64,000 nucleotides of DNA from Octopus sinensis (lineage: Eukaryota): the NCBI RefSeq assembly GCF_006345805.1, contig NC_043003.1, positions 24,676,001 to 24,740,000 on the forward strand, read 5' to 3'. Position 1 is the stretch's first letter. Every line of letters starts with the position of its first letter. Shown piece by piece: positions 53,575 through 64,000 of the stretch. The translations under genes and the position numbers were made by a program. A model generated the notes under the pieces. It did no database searches, was not told the DNA's origin, and saw only the letters and a list, made by a program, of their open reading frames with translations.

Positions 53575-54005
53575 TTACTCTTTACTCTCTCTCTTTTACT
53601 TGTTTCAGTCATTTGACTGCAGCCATGCTGGAGCACTGCCTTTAGTCGACTAAAGGACTAATCGACTCCAGGACTAATTCTTTGTAAGCCTAGTACTTAT
53701 TCTATTGGTCCCTTTTGCCGAACTGCTAAGTTACGGGGACATAAACACACCAGCATTGGTTGTCAAGCAATGTTGTGGGGGCACAAACACAGACACACAA
53801 ATATATACACACACATACATATATATATATACACATATATACAATGGGCTTCTTTCAGTTTCCGTCTACCAAATCCACTCACAAGGCTTTGGTCGGCCCG
53901 AGGCTATAGTAGAAGACACTTGCCCAAGGTGCCATGCAGTGGGACTGAACCCGGAACCATGTGGTTGGTAAGCAAGCTATTTACCACGCAGCCACTCTTG
54001 CGCCT
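53575..54005 (-). mobile_element. SINE family A full copy, minus; other - copies ~8610-9080, 13219-13580, 15689-17705 (split), 19677-20035, 29190-29580, 36530-36853, 41385-41800
   Basis: Reverse complement of the 9412-9822 sequence. Confidence 0.88.
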
Positions 54006-56425
54006 GTTCAGAAGGTAGTGAAGAACTGGGGTCATTGTAATCAACCAGCCCCCTCCCCCAAAATATCAGGCCTTGTCCCTATAGTAGAATGAATTGTTAT
54101 TAAGGTGACAAGCTGGATAAAATGCTTGGTGGCATTTCATCCATCTTTACATTCTGAGTTCCAATGCCACTAAGGTCAACTTTGCCTTTCATCCCTTCAG
54201 GATCAATAAAATAAAGTACCTTCTGAACACTGAGGTCAATGTAATTGACTCCACCTCCTCTTAAAATTTTAAGCCTTGTGCCTGTAGCAGAAAGGATTAT
54301 TATTATTATTATTATGATTATCATCATCATCATCATCATCATTATCAAGCAAGTGACTTACCCCTCCCCAAAATTGCTAGCCCCGTGCCAAAACTTGGAA
54401 CCATTATTATGATTATTATTGTTATTGTTATTGTTGTTGTTGTTGTTAAGGTGGTGAGCTGGTAGAACCATTAGCATGCTGGGAAAAAATGCTTAGTGGC
54501 ATTTCATCCATCTTTACCTTCTGTGTTCAAATTCCACCAAGGTCAACTTTGCCTTTCATCCTTTTGGAGTTGATAAATAAAGTACCAGTCAAGCACTGAA
54601 GTCAATGTAATTGGCTAGCCATCCCCCGCAAATTTCGGGACTTGTGTCTAAAGTAGAGAGAATCAATAATATTTATATGCCATCTTGTTGTTTTTGTACG
54701 TCCATACCTGTGGTGTGTGTCACACTTACCTCAAAGGAAGAAGTGAGTGGCAGAGCAGGAGAGAGGAGGACAGAGAGGAAGTGAGAATGAGAGAGACAGT
54801 GAGTGGTGACGGCGTTCATTTTGTGTTTTTAAACATTTATCACATCACAAGATAAGTAGATACGTAGATGCATACACACATTGTTAAATTAAAAGCGGAA
54901 GAGAAGAGGGACGCAGAGGAAGTGAGAGAGAAAGTAGATACATAGATCGAAAGAAAGTTGATACATAGATACATTGTTAAATCAAAGACAACTACAGCAA
55001 ATATTGGATGTCACTTTCACTTTTCATTACCACCCAAGGATAAAATTAACTCGTAAGTGGCTGAGTACTCCACAGGCATGCATACTATTAATGTAGTTCT
55101 CAGGGAGATTCAGCCTCATACAGAATATGACAAGGCTGGCCCCTTTAAATTACAGCTTCAACTCATTTTGGCCAGCTGAGTGGACTGGAGCAAGATAAAC
55201 CTTCAAGTGATTGGAAGAGATCCTATATAGGGGCAGGAAAATCTTTTTAGTTGTTAGCGTCACTGTAGGTGTTAATCTGGTCCTAACAGCAGCATTTGTG
55301 GGTCTCACAGATCTGGAGGCCAAGCCCCCAAATAAACACCAATGCACAGGCTGTTGTTATCAAACTGAGCATGAGTCGAGGGCGAATACACAACGGAATA
55401 GCAATTATTTCCATCTTAGCTTTCACTGCTTATACTAAACACCTAAACAAATGACATTTTTGCCTTATATGGATCATTTCCTTTTCTTTCACTCTTTATA
55501 AATAATGGCACTCTGTCAGTTACGATGATGAGGTTCCTGTTTATCTGATCAACAGAACAGTCTGCTTGTAAAATTAATGTGCAAGTGGCTGAGTACTCCA
55601 CAGACATGCATACCATAAGGTAATTCTCTGGGGGATTCAACCTCACTCAGAATGTGACAAGGCTGGCCCCTTTGAATTACAGCTACAGCTCAAGAACACA
55701 GCGCACCACAGGGAATCGTACTCATGACTTTACGATCATGGACTGAATAGCCCTAACCACTGAGCCACACACCTTCACTCTCTTAACCATAGTGAAGCAA
55801 TAGAAACAGAGAAAGGAAAGCCTCAGTCATTTACAATGAAAATTAGACTGAAATACTATCGATCTTTTCCAGCTTCTTTGCTTTTAACAATGAAGAAGAG
55901 GGAAAGACATTTAGTAATGAATAAAAGGAAAGTCTTTCAGGTGTCTACGCTTTTATTTTGGAAGTTCTAGAACGATTGAATGTTAGTTCTCTCTTCTTTC
56001 CTCCCACCCCCGATACTTATTCGCCTTCTTTCATAGTTCTTCATGTCTTTTAGTTGGGGGGGGGGAAAGACCATGTTTTTTTTTCAGGCACGTTTAACAT
56101 TTTCTCTACAAACAAGCTCAGCTCCCTTCCTTTTTTTTTTTCATACAAAAACTAATGCAAGTTTCGAATGGGGTATAACTGTGAAAAGAGCCCAGAAAAA
56201 TGGGTAATAACCCCTACAAAACAGGTGGGGGAGGAAAGTTTGCCAACAGGTGGCTACACGAAATTCAACTCTATACTTCAAAGAGTGTCTTCTACTATAA
56301 TCTTGGGCCAACTAAAGCCTTGTGAGTGAATTTGGTAGACAGAAACTGAAAGAAGCCCATCATATATCATCATCATCATCATCATTTAGCGTCCGCTTTC
56401 CATGCTAGCATGGGTTGGACCTATG

Positions 56426-56456
<31 letters not shown>

Positions 56457-57285
56457 GTGGGTGTTTGTCCCCCCACCACCACCATCACTTGACATCCGAT
56501 GTTGGTGTGTTTGTGTCCCTGTAACTTTTCAGCAGAAAAGACTGATAGAATAAGCACCAGGCTTACAAGGAATAAGTCCAGGAGTTGATTCCTTTGACTA
56601 AAAGACAGTGCTCCAGCATGGACACTATCAAATGACTGAAACAAGTAAAAGAATAAAAGAATACCAGAAGAATGTTCCGTATCACCAAACCAAGAAGGTT
56701 CTTTGAATATGTATGATGTATTTTAAGGCTAAATAGTAATTCTGTTTACATTTGCGAAACTGAGATATTTTGGTTGGATTATATAGTTATCAGTTTTAGA
56801 CTTCTTTTTATATTCTGTAACTGTCACAATATAGAAACATTTCTCATGGCACCAGCATACAATTTACAGATGCTTACATTTTTTGCTTTCTGTGAATTTT
56901 TCACTGGTCCAGCTAGTTATTATTATTATTGGTGGTGGTGATGGATTAGCAGAATCTTTAGAGCATCGGTAAAAACCCCTTGCAGTAATTATTCCAGATG
57001 TTTGCATTTTGAGTTCAAATCCCACGAAAGTCAACTTTGCCATTCATTCCCCTCCAATGTTAGTAAAAGTAACAGTCAAGTTTCATCAACTGTACCCCTA
57101 CCATGATAACTGCTGGCCTTGTGCCAAAATTTGAAATAATGCTTTTATTCTCTAGGCTGCTTCTACTACTGATAACTTCCAGTTCCAACCCATATCACCT
57201 TTTAACCCATTTTTCATTACCTGTTTATAATCACATGCACTAATTTTAGTGCAGCTGGCTCTCTTAGGTTAGGGTGACCGTCATA

Positions 57286-57318
57286 CTGATGATGCCTGCT
57301 GTAACAGAAACATATGTC
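57286..57318 (+). ncRNA. Minimal hammerhead core (stem I degenerate)
   Basis: CTGATGA-tgcctgctgtaaca-GAA-ACATATGT-C. Perfect palindromic stem III and GUC triplet; stems I and II are weak. Confidence 0.55.
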
Positions 57319-58395
57319 TCAACTAAGTGAGTGAAGGAGGTGACTTTATATTATCGGATGATGAGAAGTTAAAGTAGAATAGAGGGCCATGTACAGGTGT
57401 CTTGCCGTGGAAGAGATGCATGGCTACCCAAGCTGGAAAGAGAGAAAAATATGATGATGGTGAGGAGTCAGGGCATACCTTCAAGTTTCAGTAAGGGGAA
57501 CAGATAGAGGATTGGACAGAGTGAATGGGGAGGGATGGTTAGTAGAAATATGGTAATGAAACAGCTCATGTCTTAGTGACTTCTCTGATTCTTAAATAGC
57601 TTTCTAAAAACTGGCAGAGACCAAGCCCACTTCTGTCAAGATCCTCCTTCTCCCCCCCTTTCTCCTATCTCAAGCTTTGTAAACCAGACACTGAATCAAA
57701 AACATTCTGGACATGACAATCTAGTCCTTTCATATACACTGAAGCATACTTTATTACAATAAAATATTCACTACACCAGGGTTTTTTTTTTAATTATGAT
57801 AAAGTATAATTTTCAAGAGTATTGACTGCTGTTTTAAGCAGAATGAGAGACCACATAAAGACCCTACATCAGCTCGTTTGTCAGCCTTTGTATTGACAGG
57901 TGTCAAATTAAGACCTGTAAACTTTGTATTTTTCTGTATCTAATTTGCAGTTAGGTTAAACAAGGTGAATAGGTCTAATTGTCTTGACCAAAAAGCTAAA
58001 TGCATCGTTTGTATCATAGAATGTTTAAAACATTAAATGTGTAAGCCATAAAATCAACACCTAATTAACCTGTTTGTGACTTTATTTCTAACGAGTAAAC
58101 CGACTATTAATGAGTTTAGAATTGATTTTCAATTTAATCAAGATTTTAGTGGGTGATTTCGTAAAATATGTCATATAATCATCGTTGTCATCATGACCAC
58201 TTTTCCACACAAGCATGAGGTAAATGAAACCTATTGAGATAGGTTTTCTACAGATGAATGCTCTTCCTGTTGCCAACCCTTCCTCCCTTGTTCTTCAAAT
58301 AAGGTATTTTTCATTGCACTGCTCCACAGACATCCACTGAACTATTGGACATTTCTTTATTGGAGAATATGAACAATGTCACCAATTTATTTATT

Positions 58396-58786
58396 TCTAT
58401 ATATATAAAGCTGAAGTTGTCTGCGTATGGCAGGTTTGGTAGCCTTCAACTAACACTATCTCCTCTGAGACCCTGCAGCGCAAGTTGACCAAAATTGAGA
58501 GTATGATAGAAGAAGGCTTGCTCTTCCTTCCGTAAAAGAAAACATTCAAATTGGACCATGTTAACGCCAAAAATTATTTACATCAAAAAGGTGCTTTTTT
58601 TTCTATGAAAATCCCTATTTTTAACGACTTTTTTACTGCTGTGTCGCCATTTTTCGGTGTATTTTAACCAGAAAAATGTTCACTTAAAGAGAATTACAAG
58701 CTACATAATGCAAAATTTTTACTTTTCAAAAATTCCAATTCTAAAGGGTCGAAACAAGCCCAAGCAACGCTGAGCGATACTGCTAG
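58396..58786 (+). mobile_element. Non-autonomous Helitron
   Basis: 5' TCtatatatataaagctgaagttgtc (similar to the 43004 end); degenerate 3' hairpin gcccaagcaacgctgagc, then CTAG followed by T. Confidence 0.85.
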
Positions 58787-59025
58787 TTTATTATAAAAGC
58801 CATGATGAAGCAGACCTTGCCAGTGCTGGTGCCATCTAAAAAACACTCAGGCCACTCTGTAAAGTGGTTAACATTACAAAAGAGCATCCAGCCGTAAAAA
58901 CCATTCCAAAACAAACAGTAAAGCCTAGAGTCGTCCTCTGACTTCCCAGCTCTTGTCAAACCATCTAACCCATGTCAGCATGGAAGACAGGCATTAAATA
59001 ATGATTAGGGCAAGCAGTTTCAAAA

Positions 59026-59274
59026 GGTACTACTTGAGAACAATGGTCCCGGTGCGCGCACTTGCGTAGTCGCGCATCTGGGCTAGCTAGTCATGACTAG
59101 TCAATCCTACAACAACTAGCTAGCAAATTAAATAAAACACAAAATCAATAATTTTTTAAACAAAGTAAATAACACACAAAAACACAAAGTAAGGATCGAC
59201 TAGTCATGACTAGCTAGTGCGGATGCACGAGTATGCGAGTGCGCGCACCGGGACCTCTGTTCTCAAGTAGTACC
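59026..59274. mobile_element. MITE with ~85-bp TIRs, Merlin- or MULE-like
   Basis: ggtactacttgagaaca...tgttctcaagtagtacc; flanks gtttcaaaa / atttcaaaa (9 bp, 1 mismatch). Confidence 0.75.
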
Positions 59275-60396
59275 ATTTCAAAACACACACACATACACAT
59301 GACATGCTTTTGTAAAGTCTCCATCAACCAGTTCCACTTACAAAGCATTGGTCAGTCCAAGGCCGTACATAAAAGAACCACATGCCTTCATTATTGCAAA
59401 ACAAAATTCATAAACATACAGGCATGCTTGCACTTTTAACATATTATATATTTATATATTATGCTGGGATTGACCAACAGAAATCCTTGAGATATTCCAT
59501 GTCGTTCATTGCAAAGTTTTCATCGATATTTTGATTTAAAGATAAACGCATTGGAATGGACAGTCTCAAGTGGGTTGGCATTAAAAGTGTTAAACCATTG
59601 CAATTCCATGCTGTAACAATGAAAGGTGTTGCAAATATATTTAGATAAATGGATACAATGAACTACGTAATAGACAAGCTTCTAGCTACAAGGTCATAAG
59701 TTTAAATTTCCTTTCAGTATATATTGTGTTGTTGTTCACTCCCAGTTCAGACCTGATGGAGCAGATATATGACCAAAGGCATTACAGTTGTGACCATACA
59801 GTATTTTTGTTTGATTGTTTTTGCTCTTTTTTGCTTCTTTTTTTTTTTTGTTTTTTGTTCATCACCACACACTTGAGAGAGAGAGAGAAAGATTCAGCTG
59901 TGATCAGACCTAAGAGTGATTGGTCCTGCCAGGTTTCACTTATCCAAGACATGCCATATGTCAGTTCAGTGCCTTTACAATTTCATCATGAATTTAGGGC
60001 CCTGGCCTGACATATATACTACTGACATATGTGTATTAGAGAGAGAGAGAGAGAGAGAGAATGAGAGAGAAACAATGGTTCAGATAAGCAGATAAAACCT
60101 TGGGCTTTAATGTACAAAATATATGTATACATATAAAAAGAGAGGGCATGTACATATATTTATATACATGTATATATATTTTGTGCATTAAAATCCAAGA
60201 TTTTATTTGTTTATTTGAATCATTGTCTCCATTTCTGCTCATTTGGATTTCCTTTATAGCCACTCTTCACCCTGCGGACCTGGTCCATGGGAAACTATCG
60301 GAATGCAAGTGTTCAAATCATTTGAGCACTACAAAGTGTTTTCTATATTGAGATTCTCTTGAGCTCATCTGCTGACACTCTTTCTCTCACTCACTC

Positions 60397-60443
<47 letters not shown>

Positions 60444-60445
<2 letters not shown>

Positions 60446-60777
60446 GAGTGGTTGGCATTAGGAAGGGCATCCAGCTGTAGAAACTCTGCCAGATCAGACT
60501 GGAGCCTGGTGCAGCCTCTGGCTTCCCGGTCGAACCGTCCAACCCGTGCTAGCGCGGAAAACGGATGTTAAACGACGATGATGATGATGATGATGATGAT
60601 GATATATATATATATAATATATATATATATCTGAGTGGTTGGCATTAGGAAGGGCATCCAGCTGTAGAAACTCTGCCAGATCAGACTGGAGCCTGGTGCA
60701 GCCTCTGGCTTCCCGGTCGAACCGTCCAACCCGTGCTAGCGCGGAAAACGGATGTTAAACGACGATGATGATGATGA

Positions 60778-60781
<4 letters not shown>
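60444..60781 (+). repeat. Tandem duplicate (187-bp period) of a short RTE 3' end within (TA)n
   Basis: Identical ctgagtggttggcattagg...gttaaacgacgatgatg blocks start at 60444 and 60631. Confidence 0.92.
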
Positions 60782-60812
<31 letters not shown>

Positions 60813-61381
60813 ATCTAGCACTTCATTATCCAGTGTGTCTATTTTAAGTAGGCTGTGATGTGAGGAGGATGTGGCTGCCATTTCTCACATAACAAGCAAC
60901 TGTGTATATTAATGCGTGTACATATATATACCTATCTATGTAGTAAGTCCAATAAGTGGGGCTTTGGCTTTGTAGGTTAATCAGTTCAGTGCTGTAGCTC
61001 AACGAAACCGAGATCAGTCGTGCTTCTTCACTAGCTCTAAACAGGGCAGCTTTCAATGTGTTCCTCTCTCCAGCCTGAAGATGGATGCTAAAAAAAGAAC
61101 ATATTTAGTTCTCACACTACTACTATATTGTATACCACCAAACTTGGTGGTATAACACCCAAGGTACCTTAGCTTTTAAGGTACCTTAACCGTCTGGGAG
61201 CATTGCAATCCAGACAGTAACACAAAATGCAGCAGAAGAGGGCTATCCAAAAGTCATGATCTGGATGCAGCCCTCCCCTTTTGGAGTGTAAGGAGTTAGG
61301 GCTGAAACACTTGTAAGAGAAGAGCCTCTTCTCTGATGACCTTCTACTGTTCAACTCCCCTAAGTTTCTTACTGCCTATAA

Positions 61382-61582
61382 CAGTGGTTTTCAACCAGGG
61401 TTCCACCAGTACAGTCCAGGGGTTCCATAAGAAGTTACAAAACTGCTAAAATTGGCAGTAATTTTTAATTCTCCTGTGCAGATATGTGTGCATAAGACTA
61501 TTAAATTATTGCACAGGGGTTCCTCGAGCCAGTGGAATGTTTCCTTGGGGTTCCGCTCCTGCAAAAAGTTTGAAAAGCACTG
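61382..61582. mobile_element. hAT (Charlie-like) MITE
   Basis: cagtggttttcaa / ttgaaaagcactg termini; perfect 8-bp TSD GCCTATAA. Confidence 0.88.
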
Positions 61583-62584
61583 GCCTATAATAACCTCTTC
61601 TCCTTTAGCTGGTGTCATGTCACCAGCACACCGGTCACTTTCAACCCATTCGTCTCCCCTATTGCATTCATATCTGGATCCTACACTAATCACTAACTAC
61701 AGTCAATCTTCTCTAGAATGTCAGCTCTCTGCCTTCCACTCCCTATGCATATCCTGCTTGTGACCAGTGTTGGTCTCACTGGGTGTTAGAGGATCTGTGG
61801 AAAGGCCATCAGCTCAGCTACTTCATTAAAACAGATTTGGTACTATTAAACCACTGAAATAAATAATCAAATAAATTCATATTGATTGGCTCGTTTCTTT
61901 TGTTAATTACCACCTTCAACTATTGAGGCTACCGGGCAGACTGTATATATTTCGAATATTCTACATTATTATTATATCAATAATGCTGTATAATGTTCCT
62001 TAACCTTTTATAACCCTTTTATTTTCTCTTCATTAGAAATAACGAACTTCAGGAAAATAAGAAAATAAAAAATTATGCAAATATTTAAAAATGTTCAGCA
62101 CCATTCGATTTTTGATAACTTGCGAACAAAAGAGACAGAATCACTATTTATTAAAAACATAGAAAAAAATATAATAAATATATAAAACGAAGTAAAAATG
62201 AAATAAAAAGTCCTTCATTTGGCAATATAAAGACATAGTATCTTTAAACTTCTCAAGGTTGCTATTTAAATGGAAGTACTTCTGAGGCTAGAGAAATATT
62301 GATTGAGCTGAATTATTTTATGGTACGACAACTGCTAGTTCCACCTCATTAATCAACATCAGAAAGATGTGTTAGGATAAAAAGCCTGGTTTATAAGTCT
62401 ACTTTCTATAATTGGGAATTGTGTACGTTGCCAACAAAATTGCTATCTTAACCTTACGATTTTAGCAATTTGAACTACTGCTTCTATTCTCATGTTGCTG
62501 ATTTTATGAAAAGGCTATGGGCGTTCTCACAGGCCCCTCTGATACCAGTGAGGTCAATATGTTGATGGTTATAAGAAGCCTTTA

Positions 62585-62818
62585 AGGCGGCGAGCTGGCA
62601 GAAACGTTAGCACGCCAGGCGAAATGCCTAGCCGTATTTCGTTTGCTGTTACGTCCTGAGTTCAAATTCCGCCGAGGTCGACTTTGCCTTTCATCTTTTC
62701 GGGGTCGATAAATCAAGTACCAGTTATGCACTGGGTTCGATGTAATCGACTTAATCAGTTTGTCTGTCCCTGTTTGTCCCCTCTGTATGTAGCCCCTTGT
62801 GGGTAGTAAAGAAATAGG
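62585..62818 (+). mobile_element. SINE family B full copy; clusters at ~14670, 23310-23895, 32140-32570, 34487-36000, 40265-40970, 53070-54660, 56935-57135
   Basis: ggcggcgagctggcagaaacgttagc...gagttcaaattcc (B box)...gcctttcatc.tttcggggtcgataaa; most copies abut (ATT)n tracts. Confidence 0.85.
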
Positions 62819-64000
62819 TTATAAGAAGCCTATGTGCTGGCAAGGAATGCCAGTGGGATTGGCATTCTGATGAGAAAGGAGTGGGGGTTATTGGTTACTT
62901 TTAGAATCATGTATCCTTTGGAACGTCTTAACCCTTTTACTTTCCTGAGACCAACCCTGATTCTTTGATACAAACTTCCTGATTTAAACTGATCTAAATT
63001 AAAATTCCACCATCAAAATTTCATGTTATGTTCCAAACACCACCAGAATAAGGACAGTTATTTTTATACATTTTTCATTATTAATTAATTGAAATGAGCA
63101 TAGTGTATATGAACAGAAATATGGTTAATGAAAGAGTGAAACTGTCCTGTTTTTGCTTCTTTTTTTTTTACGTTTTTGAGTTTTTTTTAATTTTTGTTTC
63201 ATATAATTTCATATTACATTAATGTCTGTGTCATTCTGTTAAATTCATCACTTCTTAGCAATACTTCTTGTTCTTTTGTTTTCTTCTTTATTTGATTTTC
63301 TTTGTTAGAACATTATTTTTGAGTTTTTTTCCCCATACGCTCCTAGTCTTAGAAACAAGGATAACACAATAGAATTATTTTTTCTCAATTAACTTGACCA
63401 TTTGAGAGTAAAGATTTGCTTTGTTTTTGCAATAATATTTCAAGCAATTTTTCATTTTGATCTCTGATCATCATCAGATGTATGGGAAAAGACATTTATT
63501 CTAAGATGCTATGGACCTCATGATTAGCATAACCGAATAGTTAAGAAGTTCATGTTGTAATTACAAGGTCACAGGTTCAAACTTATTGCATGGCATTTTT
63601 GACTTGCATTTTTTTTTTCTACTATTGCCTGAGATCAACCGAAGTTTACAACTTTGAGTAGATGAAAACTGTGAAGAAGCCTATCGACTGGATCATTACT
63701 GTAATCCAAATATACAGCCTTGTCACACACACTGTCGTGCTGATTCTACCTGAGAACTATATACTAAGTGTACATGTGTCTGGGAATACTCAACCACTTA
63801 CACATTAATTCAATGAGCAGATAATTCTATTGATCAAATAACTGAATCCTCATCACTGAATTTGACAGAGATCAGTTTCCACTTTTGTTATTTCTTGTAA
63901 ACAACTGGATGGAAGTTAGTAACATTAATGTTCAGTTTGAATTGTTGTAGGTTGTGAAAATGTGGCCAGTCACTATTCCTGGAGGTCTAGCCTAAAAGAA

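Noticed and set aside
57955-57964. GTTAAACAAG (VKQG) as the next ArfGAP1 exon
   Set aside because: The frame stops after VKQGE and the donor is weak; the expected downstream residues are absent.
60260-60350. Acceptor followed by a GC-richer open segment (HSSPCGPGPWETIG...)
   Set aside because: No clear donor and no recognisable protein similarity.
2028-62872. Other isolated CTGANGA heptamers (e.g. ~2028, 4862, 9908, 27832, 47179, 61076, 61333, 62867)
   Set aside because: No correctly placed GAAA, stem III and UH, so they were not called as hammerheads.

Overview
AT-rich, repeat-dense eukaryotic DNA. The SINE, RTE and MITE content strongly suggests an octopus (coleoid cephalopod) genome; this is inferred from repeat sequences, not verified. 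Only one convincing host exon was found: a 90-bp phase-0 exon (47756-47845, +) encoding ATKVASTAAKRTKELSLTVNESVIKPTRDK, similar to the central region of ArfGAP1, so much of the window is probably large-intron sequence. The rest is (TA/CA/GA/ATT/GAT)n microsatellite, three tRNA-derived SINE families, RTE LINE 3' ends, Tc1/mariner, Tc2, hAT, piggyBac-like and Merlin/MULE-like MITEs, two Helitrons and a tiny solo LTR. Nearly all ORFs in the supplied track are microsatellite or repeat artefacts. The most notable signal is a set of minimal type I hammerhead ribozyme motifs of the Penelope-like-element kind, with palindromic stem III. The best-preserved motif occurs twice, pointing outward, at the ends of a ~3.7-kb near-perfect palindrome (48306-51987) just downstream of the ArfGAP1-like exon. 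Also notable are a 159-bp x ~8 tandem array inside an RTE 3'UTR, a G-U-rich 200-nt hairpin with CUGAUGA at its apex, and a complete strand bias of one SINE family.
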